NCBI GenBank assembly: GCA_046483985.1
Contig: JAWOCD010000084.1
Coordinates: forward strand, 65,525 to 129,524
Length of the DNA: 64,000 nt
Reading direction: 5' to 3'
Source: Promethearchaeia archaeon
Lineage (GTDB): Archaea > Asgardarchaeota > Lokiarchaeia > Sigyniarchaeales > SOKP01
The notes under the pieces are model-generated. The model saw only the letters and a list, made by a program, of their open reading frames with translations, was not told the origin of the DNA and ran no database searches. Positions 50,430-60,462 of this stretch are shown here, piece after piece. The stretch's first letter is position 1. Every line of letters begins with the position of its first letter. A program made the translations under genes and the position numbers.

Positions 50430-52802
50430 TTAAGAAGCTAAATCTTCTGCAATTTTCAATAACTCTTCAGCTTGGGCCTGAAATTGTACAACTTTTTCTT
50501 TATCGCCCATATCCTTTGCCATTGATGCAGCTTTTGCGTAGTATTTGGCGGCAGCTTCAAAATCTTTGTCTCCAAGGGCTTGTTCCGCATTTTGTACCAT
50601 TTTATCCATTTTTTTCTGGTTTTCTAAGACTTCTTCTTCTACTTTCTTTCTCCTTTTCTCAAATTCTTCCTTAGACTCGCCTCTTTTTTTCTTGGCTCCT
50701 CCTTTTTTGCCCTTTTTCTTTTTCTTTCCGCCTTTAGGCATTAATTTAATAATCTCTGAAATCTTGGCAGATAATTCTTTAGCAATCTCATCCTCGCCAG
50801 CCCTTAATGCTAAGATTACGGCCTCCTCATACAATCTTATTGCTGCTCTTAGGTTCCCCTTTTTAGAGGCGTTTTCTGCACGATCCATAGCTCTTCTCCG
50901 TTTAATCCTAAGCTTTTCCTTAGCTTGATTAATTCTATATCGTCGAATGGTTATGTAATTGAGTGCACTAGCAAATACGAGGTAAATTATTGGAAATAGA
51001 AGTAAATTTGACCATATCCAAGGATGTAACACATCAAAGGGCGTTGCCTGAAAAGTATTTATCCAGAAACTATTTACAATTGACGGAGTTAGAGCTTCCA
51101 GCCATCCAATAATAGTTCTTCCCCACGTGATAGGATCAATTAATGGTTGTATATTAAAGGGATCACTTAAATCTGGCCATGTAGGAAAATAACTTATAAA
51201 AAACATAGAAAATAAGAATAAGAAAGTTCCTAACCATGAGCTAGTTTTATCTAATTGATCCTTTTCTTTTTCTAAAGTAGGAATTACCATTAAATTTAGA
51301 AAATGCTCGGTATCACTAGAGCTCCCATCAACAACAAGTCTTCCAGTCATCATAGCCCACCGAGCCGAAATCTCTCCTTGGGCAACTTTCATAATTGATT
51401 TAGCAGTTCCTTCAACTCTTATATCCACTTCCTTTTTAGATATTTCTCCTGTTATTATCTTGGGATCGCCCCCTTTTTCAAATCGAAGGCTAATGGCACC
51501 AATATCCCACACGTAGATAACAATTTGTTTTGGGCCATCTAAAGTCCATTCATATAGATCTACAGCAACATCTGATTCCATACTTCTAAGTGTTATTATT
51601 GCCTTAAAAGCTCGTAACACACGATCAATAACTTCTTCTTTTCGATTTTTTTCTTTTTTCATGCATTCTTTTACTTTCGAAACAAGCTCTTTTACCTTGG
51701 CATCCTCTCCCATTTCCCCAGAGATAATTGCTGCATACTTAAATTTTCTAGCTGCGGGGAGAAACTTTTCTTCTTCGATATCTGCTTGAGCTTTTGCAAT
51801 CAAAATTTTTCGTCTCTTTCTCATTGGTTTCTTTTTCTTTTTTTCTTCATACTCGCGCTTTAACTCATCCATTGTTTCGAGAATTTTTTTACCCGTTGCT
51901 TTAAACTCTTGAGCAATATCTTTTTCTGCAAGTTCTGAAGATATATCTCCAGCGATTTCATAATATTTCGCTGCGTCTTTAAACTTTCCGTTCTCCATCG
52001 CTTCTTCCGCATGAGTTATTGCTTCAGAACGTTCTGCTTCTAATTTTTCCCTTTTCTCTTGCATCTTTCGTTTTTCTTTTTCTTCCATTTCCCGCTTTTT
52101 TAGATTTTTGTACATTTTCAGAATTTCTTCAGCGCGTTTTATGAAAATTTCTGCTTTTTCCTCCTCTTCAAGCATTTTTGAGATCTCTGCTGCTTTTTTA
52201 TAAAGTTTTGCAGCTTCTTCATATTTATCGGAATCTATGGCATTTTCTGCTTTCGATAACACTTTCGCTCTTTCAGATTCTTTCATCTTCCGTTCTTTTT
52301 CTTTTTTCCACTTCTTCTTTAATTCGAACTCTTTATCTCTTATTTCCTTAGCCATAGCTAAGAATTCCTTTGATCTCTCATCTTCTTTCATTTTTTTACT
52401 GATTTCTGCACACTCTTCGTAAATATCTGCTGCATCTCTAAATTTTCCTTCTAATTTCTTTTGTTCCGCCTGTGCTACTTTTTCGCTCCGTTCGGTTTTT
52501 AAATCTTCCCGGATCTTACTTAATTTTTGTTCTTCCCTTCTTTTGATTTCTAATTCTTGCATCTGCTCAGCCATTGCACGAAAAGTTCTCATTCTGTCCT
52601 TTTCAGCTAATTGTTTACTTAGTTTGGCAGCTTCTTGGAATTTTTTGCTCGCATTGACATAATTTCCAGCTTCTTTGGCTCCTTCAGCCTCTTCCACAAC
52701 ATTTTTTCTTTTTTCTTGTAATCTAAGTCTGCGTTCTTTTAGCTCTTGTCTTTTAATTTCTTCCTCAAACTTTTTGGGATCTTTAGCGGGTTCCTTAGAC
52801 AC
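50430..52802 (-). CDS. Membrane protein with 7 MIT/SNAP-like three-helix repeats, an SCP2-like domain and 2 TM helices
   Basis: Repeat A-E-x-A-x3-G/D-x-F/Y-x2-A-A-x2-Y-x2-A-A-x-I-S...F-x3-A-E-E; VDIRVEGTAKSIMKVAQGEISARWAMMTGRLVVDG; two hydrophobic segments. Confidence 0.7.
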   Translation of the reverse strand: MSKEPAKDPKKFEEEIKRQELKERRLRLQEKRKNVVEEAEGAKEAGNYVNASKKFQEAAKLSKQLAEKDRMRTFRAMAEQMQELEIKRREEQKLSKIREDLKTERSEKVAQAEQKKLEGKFRDAADIYEECAEISKKMKEDERSKEFLAMAKEIRDKEFELKKKWKKEKERKMKESERAKVLSKAENAIDSDKYEEAAKLYKKAAEISKMLEEEEKAEIFIKRAEEILKMYKNLKKREMEEKEKRKMQEKREKLEAERSEAITHAEEAMENGKFKDAAKYYEIAGDISSELAEKDIAQEFKATGKKILETMDELKREYEEKKKKKPMRKRRKILIAKAQADIEEEKFLPAARKFKYAAIISGEMGEDAKVKELVSKVKECMKKEKNRKEEVIDRVLRAFKAIITLRSMESDVAVDLYEWTLDGPKQIVIYVWDIGAISLRFEKGGDPKIITGEISKKEVDIRVEGTAKSIMKVAQGEISARWAMMTGRLVVDGSSSDTEHFLNLMVIPTLEKEKDQLDKTSSWLGTFLFLFSMFFISYFPTWPDLSDPFNIQPLIDPITWGRTIIGWLEALTPSIVNSFWINTFQATPFDVLHPWIWSNLLLFPIIYLVFASALNYITIRRYRINQAKEKLRIKRRRAMDRAENASKKGNLRAAIRLYEEAVILALRAGEDEIAKELSAKISEIIKLMPKGGKKKKKGKKGGAKKKRGESKEEFEKRRKKVEEEVLENQKKMDKMVQNAEQALGDKDFEAAAKYYAKAASMAKDMGDKEKVVQFQAQAEELLKIAEDLAS

Positions 52803-53106
52803 ATTAAACTCCTTTTATTTATTTATTTATTGAGATAATTTATTATTTTAATTTAAATAATGTGTTCATAACAAATGTATATTATTATATTTCTTCTATG
52901 AATATATAAGTTTTTAAAAATTGAAATATGGCATTTAGAATTGGAGTATTAGATTTAAAAGTATTTTCAAACTTAATGCTTTTTGATAAACTTCTTGAGT
53001 CTTAAAGTTTAATAAATATCCTTCTAATTAATGCTTAAATAGTTTTATTTTTAAGGGATTATAATCTTAGTTATTTTAGAAAATTGTATTGAGCAGAGTG
53101 AGAATT

Positions 53107-54816
53107 ATGAAAGCAGATTCCTATATCAAAAAAATTATTGAAGCTACAGGATTAAGTAAAAGGGAAATACAAAATAAAGTAAAGGAAAAAAAAGATGAAT
53201 TAAAAGGTCTGATTTCTGAAGAGGGAGCATTATTTATAATAGCAAAAGAATATGGGGTTGATGTAAAAGAAGAGAATCGAGACTTGCTTAAAGATATTGA
53301 TATTAATACTGAGGATATAAAACCCGGTATGAAAAATATTACATTAGTGGGAAGGATCAAAACTATATTCAAAGTTTATTCCTTTGATAAAAAGCAAGGA
53401 GGAAAAGGATTTGTGGGATCTTTCTTAATTCAAGATAAAACAGGTGATATGCGAATTGTGTTATGGGATGATCATACAAAAATATTTAAAAATAATGATT
53501 TTGATATTGGCACTTTAGTTAAAATAGTAAATGGATATGCTAAAAAGGGAAAAAATGAAAGTCGAGTTGAGGTACATGTCGGGAAATTAGGAAAGGTTAT
53601 AATGTCTCCTGAAGATGTTGATTATAAAAAATATCCAAAAATAGAAAACTCTTATATTCCTATAAATGAAATAGAATTGTCTTACAATTCCGTTTCGATT
53701 GAAGGAAAAATAATTCAAAAGTTTCCTATCAAAAAATTTACCAGAAAAGATGGAGAGGACGGAAAAGTTGGGTCGATAAGGGTAATGGATTCCACTGATA
53801 CAATAAGGGTGACCTTCTGGGATGAGAATGTTGATAAGCTTAATCAGCTTGAATTAGGAAATTTCGTTGGAATTACAAATTTAAGTCCGAGAAAGAATAA
53901 GTATAAGGATTCTATTGATTTAAACGCTTCGAATTATTCAAAGATTACTAAAAAAAATAAAGACATTAACCTTGAATCGACTATTATAGAAAATATCGGA
54001 AAATTACAAGATAAAAAGGGTATAATTTCAGTAAAAGGAGTCGTTACATCTATAGATAATTTAAAAAATATTACTTTAAAATCGGGAGAGGAAATTTCAC
54101 TGCTGGGATTTGTGATTAGTGATCAGACCGATGCAATAAGGGTAACCATCTGGAGGGAATTAGCCGAAAAATACGCTAAAAAATTGAAAAAAGGGATGGG
54201 AGTACTTCTAAAAAATGTCATGGTGAAATACAGTAGTTATTCTAAAAGAAATGAAATTAACTTTCTCACAACTTCTGGGTTAGAAAAGATAGAATTGGAA
54301 TTCGAAGAGTTAAAGGAGATAAAGCAGGAAAATGGGAGTTCGGGAGGTTATTTTTCAGGAGAGATTAGAGCAATTGAAGAAATAGATTCCGCTGGAACAT
54401 TTGAGATCCAAGGGTTTCTTGCGAAAATATTTAAAAATATCACGGTTTATGATGCATGCAAAGAATGTTACAAAAAGAAAGAAAATTGTACATGTGAGGG
54501 GGAAACGGAAACTGAAAAAAGAATGATTGTTAACGCCATCATAGATGACGAAACAGATACAATTAGAGCAACTTTTATAGGAGATAAGGCAGAAAAATTA
54601 ATCGGTGAACCAACAGATATTATCTCTAAAATAAAAGAAACTCCAGATTTTGATAATTTTATTAATCAAAAAACAAAAGAATTACTTGGAAAAGAGCTCG
54701 TTTTACGAGGGAAAGCAAAATTTAGCGACTTTTCAAATAATTATGAACTAATAATCTATGATTTTAAGAAATTAGAGATTGAAAAGCGACTAGAAAAAAT
54801 TATGCAAGAACTTTGA
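53107..54816 (+). CDS. Replication protein A large subunit (RPA1-like)
   Basis: N-terminal GLISEEGALFIIA domain, four OB folds (DKTG, DSTD, DQTD, DDETD), Zn finger CKEC..CTC; ATG at 53107. Confidence 0.85.
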   Translation: MKADSYIKKIIEATGLSKREIQNKVKEKKDELKGLISEEGALFIIAKEYGVDVKEENRDLLKDIDINTEDIKPGMKNITLVGRIKTIFKVYSFDKKQGGKGFVGSFLIQDKTGDMRIVLWDDHTKIFKNNDFDIGTLVKIVNGYAKKGKNESRVEVHVGKLGKVIMSPEDVDYKKYPKIENSYIPINEIELSYNSVSIEGKIIQKFPIKKFTRKDGEDGKVGSIRVMDSTDTIRVTFWDENVDKLNQLELGNFVGITNLSPRKNKYKDSIDLNASNYSKITKKNKDINLESTIIENIGKLQDKKGIISVKGVVTSIDNLKNITLKSGEEISLLGFVISDQTDAIRVTIWRELAEKYAKKLKKGMGVLLKNVMVKYSSYSKRNEINFLTTSGLEKIELEFEELKEIKQENGSSGGYFSGEIRAIEEIDSAGTFEIQGFLAKIFKNITVYDACKECYKKKENCTCEGETETEKRMIVNAIIDDETDTIRATFIGDKAEKLIGEPTDIISKIKETPDFDNFINQKTKELLGKELVLRGKAKFSDFSNNYELIIYDFKKLEIEKRLEKIMQEL

Positions 54817-54863
54817 TTTTTAATAAAATTAGATTTATTAGTCTTTAAAAATAAATTAATCAC

Positions 54864-55799
54864 ATGAACTATGATCAATTTTATACAGTGGGGTTTCTTA
54901 TCCTCATCCCAATATTTCTCATTATTGTAAGTTCCTTATTTTATTTGCTGTACAAATTAACTTCAGAACCTTCTTTAATTAATCAACATAAAGTTGCCAT
55001 AATAGAAATTAAAAAAATATTTACTTTTCATACTTCTCCAAAGGGATATTTTAAAATTCTTATTGGGATAAATATCTTTTTTATTCTTACCATTTCGGGT
55101 TTACTGTCCAACATATTATTTTTAACCTCTTTTGATTTAGAATATAATCTAATCCTTTTGCTTTTTATTCTTATTAGTCCTTTTCTTTTTTCTGGACTTT
55201 ATTACAACAGCAGAAAACTCTACTATTCTTCGAGAAAGTATTTTTCCTTATTAATGAAGAATACAATTCCCTTACTTATTTCAATCTTTAGCGTCCTCGT
55301 TCAATTCATCTATATATATGGAATCCCAAATAACGGTTTGACGATTAGCCAGCTGATAAATTTTCAAAATACAAATGTCTTTCGGTTCCAAAAAATAGTT
55401 GTGCCTGCCTATTTTCTTTTTCTTAACCCGTTAGCATTCATTGCATATATGATAAGTTTAATTGGAATTTTTCGAATGTACAAAAGCAACATTTTTAATG
55501 ATAACTTAATAAATCGAAATGTTTTTTCGAAAATTTTACGAAACTTATCAATGTTTACTTATGTATTACTATTAATCTGTCTCTTTCTGGGGGGAGGCCC
55601 TCTAATGGGTGGAAATATCTCATTTTTTGATTTTTTAGTCATTCTGATTTTCGTATCGATAATTATTTTAATAATTGGGATAATAGACCATGGAAAACCA
55701 GAGTTATTAATAGAAAAAAAAATATTCAGATACTTTAATTTTCCATTACTAATTTCCCTTATTTCTTTCTTCTTTTCTGTGATTTTAATTAATTTATAA
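54864..55799 (+). CDS. Polytopic membrane protein, degenerate NuoH/HycD-like
   Basis: About 8 TM segments; NPLAFIAYMISLIG and LFLGG motifs. Confidence 0.5.
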   Translation: MNYDQFYTVGFLILIPIFLIIVSSLFYLLYKLTSEPSLINQHKVAIIEIKKIFTFHTSPKGYFKILIGINIFFILTISGLLSNILFLTSFDLEYNLILLLFILISPFLFSGLYYNSRKLYYSSRKYFSLLMKNTIPLLISIFSVLVQFIYIYGIPNNGLTISQLINFQNTNVFRFQKIVVPAYFLFLNPLAFIAYMISLIGIFRMYKSNIFNDNLINRNVFSKILRNLSMFTYVLLLICLFLGGGPLMGGNISFFDFLVILIFVSIIILIIGIIDHGKPELLIEKKIFRYFNFPLLISLISFFFSVILINL

Positions 55800-55828
55800 T
55801 ATCAAAAATTAAAGTTTATAGGGCAAGC

Positions 55829-56764
55829 ATGGAACAGATTAAAATTTTAGGTGTTGGAGAGGTCGTGGTAGATTGGGTTACTGAAGTGCCCCATTTTCCA
55901 AAGCCTGATGAAAAGATTAACGCTGTTAGTGAGTCAAGATTTGCTGGAGGAGTTACAGCTAATTATCTAGTAGCAGTATCAAGATTGAATGTTCCATGCG
56001 GATTTATTGGAGCAGTAGGAGATGACGACTATGGAGATTTTCTCCTAGAGAACTTTAAACAAGAAAAAGTAGACACAAGGATGACTAAAATCAAGAAAAA
56101 TAGAAAAACGCCAGTTAATTTTATATTTATCGCCAAAGGAGAAAAAACCATCATTCAATCACCTCATATGCTCAAAACAAAGCTTAGTGTACAAGACTTA
56201 AATGTTGATTTTATCTCTAAAGTTAAATTAATTCACACTACCTTAATCCATCCTCAGATTTCCAAACAAGTTATAGATATCGCAAAAGAAAATGATATTC
56301 CCGTCAGTATTGATTTGGAAGCTCAGATTGCAAACAGAGGTTGGAACATTTTGAAAGAGCAGTTATTAAAAGCAGATATTCTTATTCCCAATAAAGCAGG
56401 GGCAAAAATAATTACCAAAAAAGATAATATAAAAAATGCTGCAAAAAAATTAATTGATTTAGGTATACCGAAGGTCATTATCACTCGGGGTGATAAAGGA
56501 GCTTTAATTACTTCGGAAAATCAACAAACGGAGATTCCTGCCTACGATGTTGATAAAGTGGTTGATACAACGGGAGCAGGAGATACGTTTAATGGAGCTT
56601 TTTCCGTTGCATATTGGATAAAAAATTGGGACCTTGAAAAAGCTTGTAAATATGGAAATGCAGCTGCTGCTCTAAAAATTCAAAAATTAGGTGCAAGAAC
56701 AGGTATGCCCCAAGAAAAAGAATTATTGGATTTTTTAAGAAAAAATGAGGAGTCTTTTTTCTAG
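55829..56764 (+). CDS. PfkB/ribokinase family carbohydrate kinase
   Basis: GGVTAN, GAVGDD, ITRGDKGA, VDTTGAGDTFNG. Confidence 0.93.
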   Translation: MEQIKILGVGEVVVDWVTEVPHFPKPDEKINAVSESRFAGGVTANYLVAVSRLNVPCGFIGAVGDDDYGDFLLENFKQEKVDTRMTKIKKNRKTPVNFIFIAKGEKTIIQSPHMLKTKLSVQDLNVDFISKVKLIHTTLIHPQISKQVIDIAKENDIPVSIDLEAQIANRGWNILKEQLLKADILIPNKAGAKIITKKDNIKNAAKKLIDLGIPKVIITRGDKGALITSENQQTEIPAYDVDKVVDTTGAGDTFNGAFSVAYWIKNWDLEKACKYGNAAAALKIQKLGARTGMPQEKELLDFLRKNEESFF

Positions 56765-56907
56765 ATTTTGGAATGAATTTATCAGAGATTTTAATTGTGA
56801 ATTTGGAATAGAACATGATTAAATACAAATCCTAGGGTTTTTGTCGGATAGCAATATAATCTTCATTTTTGAAAAACGTTTTTAATAAGAACTCAATCTC
56901 CAAAAAT

Positions 56908-57351
56908 TTAAGTAATAATGCATATTTTTGAATAAAGATGCGGATTCTTTTGAATATCGGTGAGAATCTTATGATATGTTTCACGGGATTGTTCTTTTAT
57001 TTCTGCATTAAATGGCCAAACGCCCAGCAATTTGAAAGTACCTTCCTTGTTTCCCCCCAATAAAAAACCTTTCTTTTCTTCCTCCTTAGAGATAAAAAGA
57101 ATAACCAAAAACTGTTTATAGTTTTTTAGCAGAGATCCGCTCTTTATATTTAAAATTCGTTTAATGTTTTGAATATAAACAAAATTTTCTTTAATCTCAG
57201 TGAGTTCTCTTAATTTGTAAATAATCTTACTTGGTATTTTCAGCTCTTTCTCAGCGTTCACTTTTTTGAATCTTAAATCAATCGGTTGCTCATCATTATG
57301 ATCTTTTTTTTTGAAAATTACTTTATAGATTATAGATTCCATTGAAATCAA
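56908..57351 (-). CDS. Hypothetical protein
   Basis: 147-aa ORF with host-like composition and no recognised motif. Confidence 0.55.
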   Translation of the reverse strand: MISMESIIYKVIFKKKDHNDEQPIDLRFKKVNAEKELKIPSKIIYKLRELTEIKENFVYIQNIKRILNIKSGSLLKNYKQFLVILFISKEEEKKGFLLGGNKEGTFKLLGVWPFNAEIKEQSRETYHKILTDIQKNPHLYSKICIIT

Positions 57352-57577
57352 GAGAATTAAAAGATTTATTATATAATATTTTTACGTAATATTTTAAATA
57401 GATAACTAATCAAATTCAATGGGGGATGCTTTAAAGTTTTAAAAAAGAAAAAAAACATTTATTTTCTTATTTATTTAACAATATTAAGTTAATTTTTTTA
57501 GAATTAACAGAATATTATTATTATATTTTCTGAAAAAATTATATTAACAATTCAAATATCATTTAGAATGTGATCAT

Positions 57578-58123
57578 ATGGACTCGTCATGGATATTTAA
57601 AGTGATTATTGCAGGAGCTGGAGGAGTAGGTAAAACTGCCATGGTTACCCGATATTGTACTGGAAAATTCGATTCCGAATATAAAATGACAATTGGGGCT
57701 GGATTTCATACAAAATCTGAAGTATTAGATACTGGAGAGGCAGTAAAAATGCAACTTTGGGACTTTGCCGGAGAACGTCGTTTTAGAGATTTGCTTCCCG
57801 ATTATTGTAAAGGTGCAAGCGGAGCTTTTATTTGTTTTGATCTTACAGATTATGATACCTTTCGGCAAATTCCTGAATGGTTAAAAATTATTAGGCGAAA
57901 AGCGGGTTTTATACCTATTATCTTGATGGGAATGAAATGGGATTTACCCGATCACGAGATAGATTTTGAAACTGCAAACGAATACGCTGAGAAAGCGAAA
58001 TGTAACCAATGTATTTTTTGTTCTTCTAAAGACAATGTAAATATAGATGATTCATTTCATGCTATGGCTAAATGGTTAATTTATTATGCGTCTCTGGAAG
58101 AGGAAGAGGAAGAGATTTCTTAA
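57578..58123 (+). CDS. Rab-like small GTPase
   Basis: FKVIIAGAGGVGKT, YKMTIG, LWDFAGE, MKWD, CSSK; acidic tail, no prenylation motif. Confidence 0.88.
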   Translation: MDSSWIFKVIIAGAGGVGKTAMVTRYCTGKFDSEYKMTIGAGFHTKSEVLDTGEAVKMQLWDFAGERRFRDLLPDYCKGASGAFICFDLTDYDTFRQIPEWLKIIRRKAGFIPIILMGMKWDLPDHEIDFETANEYAEKAKCNQCIFCSSKDNVNIDDSFHAMAKWLIYYASLEEEEEEIS

Positions 58124-58348
58124 TTCCCAAATTTAACTTACTATTTATAGTTTTTTGCATAAGTTTTTTTAGATTTTAGAATTCCGGTTTTTCTGATTTA
58201 TAGCAACTTTAATCATATTTATCCTTAATTCTGAAAAGAAACGGGATATCCTACTTATTTGTCATCCTAATTTTTGGATTTATTTACTTCATTTTAAATA
58301 AAATCGTAATTTGAACAATACTCAAGTCTATTTTGGAGGAAAAGAATA

Positions 58349-58425
58349 TGGCGCCTCCAGCATGGATCGAACATGCGACCGCCCGGTTAACAGCCGGGTG
58401 CTCTACCGAACTGAGCTATGGAGGC
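58349..58425 (-). tRNA. tRNA-Asn(GTT), CCA encoded
   Basis: GCCTCCA...CCCGG-CTGTTAA-CCGGG...TGGAGGC-G-CCA. Confidence 0.95.
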
Positions 58426-58528
58426 ACGATTTTTTAGTTTAGGCAAACTTATGAATCAATTTACTGATTAGAAGATATTAATTATATTATTTAGACTTTA
58501 CCAATTACTATTTTTAGAGTTATAAATA

Positions 58529-58644
58529 TGCTCTCGCCGGGATTTGAACCCGGGTCGCCAGGGTGAAAGCCTAGTATGCTTAACCCCTACCAATGTGAAT
58601 GAAATCCCATATTGGCTTGTTTGGCCGGACTACACTACGAGAGC
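58529..58644 (-). tRNA. tRNA-Glu(TTC) with 41-nt D-arm intron (58580-58620)
   Basis: GCTCTCG...CTAGG-CTTTCAC-CCTGG...CGAGAGC-A; BHB-type GGCC-AAA / GGTT-AAG; spliced length 75 nt. Confidence 0.92.
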
Positions 58645-58809
58645 GCGAAAGAATAGGAAAAATTTAAGATCAAGTTAAAAAATATAATCCTTTACTTCTA
58701 TTGAGATAAAGCAGATGTAATTATGATATTGAAAAGTGAATAAAACATTATAAATTTTTTTAATTTTAACAATTCGTCATATAAATTTTATAAAAGAAAC
58801 TGACAATGA

Positions 58810-59016
58810 AATCTCATCCAAAGGGATATCGCTAAAGGAAATCAAGACAAATTATTGTTAACCTTCAAAGAATACGGTGGTCTCGATAATAGCGAAAGAT
58901 TAATGAAACATGATCCGTATCGAGTTCAATATTTCTTATCATCCATTTATGCCAAAACCACGGAATCAGAAGTCTTAGAGATTTTAGATCAATCTGAGCA
59001 TTATCAAAAGGCTTAA
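58810..59016 (+). pseudogene. Possible gene fragment between tRNAs
   Basis: 68-codon open stretch (NLIQRDIAKG...EHYQKA) with protein-like composition, preceded by an in-frame stop. Confidence 0.25.
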
Positions 59017-59107
59017 AGCAAACTAAAATTAGAAGTAGTTTAATTTATCAATGCAACTTTTGCTATTTCCAAATAATATGAGGAGGGAAGTCTTTTTGAA
59101 TCTAAAT

Positions 59108-59192
59108 TGCGGGGAGGGGGATTTGAACCCCCGGACTCCTACGAGACTGGATTCTAAGTCCAGCACCTTTGGCCAGACTAGGTAATCCCCGC
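59108..59192 (-). tRNA. tRNA-Leu(TAG)
   Basis: GCGGGGA...CTGGA-CTTAGAA-TCCAG, long variable arm TCTCGTAGGAGT, TCCCCGC-A. Confidence 0.95.
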
Positions 59193-59395
59193 CTAAATGA
59201 ATTAATCCCATCTATAGTTAAAAAACAAAATTATCGAAATTAAATAAGCTTTTAGGATTTACTCACTAATGATATTTTATGATTTTATAAGGTGAACAAT
59301 AGGAAAAATATAAAACATAGAAACATTTAAGAATTTATATAACAGCAACACTAAAACATGTAATAGAATAAAATATATTAATTTGGTTTATTTAA

Positions 59396-60394
59396 ATGAG
59401 TGTGAGAGAATCTTTAATCAAACATTTATCATCCATATTAAGAGCCTCAGAGGGAACATTATTAGTACTCTTATGTGACCAAAATGGACTATCCGTTGCG
59501 AAAATCGGACGGAAAACCGAAATTGAACTAAAGCCCAACCAAATTACCAGCTTAGCTGCTGCAGCCTTCTCTGCAAGTGAAGAAAATTGGGAAGACTTAG
59601 AAATTACGGAGCAGATAATTTCCTTTTCCTTTTTTGAGAAGGTCTGTTTAATTACTATCAGAATTGGAAAGACCTTATTAACTATCGTTCATGACTACAA
59701 TAAAGAATGGCCTTTAGATGCAGATAGTCTTGCTAGTTCTATGTATTATTTAAAACAAAAGTTAAATGAGTTCTTTGATGCAGAACCTATTTCCGAGAAC
59801 GAAATTGAAGAGTTTTCAAATAAAGTTCGAAGCGCAATCTATCTGTTCGGAATGGGAACGGATGTATCTTTTGATTCCTACAAACCAGAAGAATATAATC
59901 ATGAGAATCTTTTACCAGCTATGAGTGAGATATTAGATTCTATACAGAACCCCATTTTCATCAGATACGGATTAGTTGGCCAATCTGGTTTAACATTAGA
60001 TGCCAAAGAAGTATCTGGGGAAAATCTTCCGATAGGTATAGAAGCATTCTCCGCTAATGCAAGTGTTACATTTCAAAAGATGAAAGAAGAGTCAGAAGGA
60101 AGCTCTCTCGGTGAATTACTCTGTTATACTGCAATTTCCGGTCAAGACGCAGAAAATTTCTACGGATTAATTACATGTCCATGTGGAAAATTAAGATTCT
60201 CAAGCGAGGGAGAGGAATCAAATATTCAGGAGATTTCTTTTTTTGGACTATTCAGTTTAGATTACGGGGGAATACCCGTAATGGGAGAATCAAGAAATAT
60301 AATTTATTCGATTCTGGAGATTATTGGCGGCGATGAGATCACAGAAAAATTCATAAAAACTGTGAATGATTTAACTAGTGTGAAATATGAGTAA
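59396..60394 (+). CDS. Tandem roadblock/LC7-domain protein
   Basis: Two copies of the pattern LLCDQNGLSVA..ITSLAAAAF / LVGQSGLTLD..IEAFSANASVTF. Confidence 0.7.
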   Translation: MSVRESLIKHLSSILRASEGTLLVLLCDQNGLSVAKIGRKTEIELKPNQITSLAAAAFSASEENWEDLEITEQIISFSFFEKVCLITIRIGKTLLTIVHDYNKEWPLDADSLASSMYYLKQKLNEFFDAEPISENEIEEFSNKVRSAIYLFGMGTDVSFDSYKPEEYNHENLLPAMSEILDSIQNPIFIRYGLVGQSGLTLDAKEVSGENLPIGIEAFSANASVTFQKMKEESEGSSLGELLCYTAISGQDAENFYGLITCPCGKLRFSSEGEESNIQEISFFGLFSLDYGGIPVMGESRNIIYSILEIIGGDEITEKFIKTVNDLTSVKYE

Positions 60395-60462
60395 AATCTC
60401 TATTTTTTACATATTTTTTTATTAAAGTAATAGAAAAAGAATAATCAAATAGTTATTAATTT

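Noticed and set aside
59029-59211. 60-aa ORF
   Set aside because: Overlaps tRNA-Leu(TAG).
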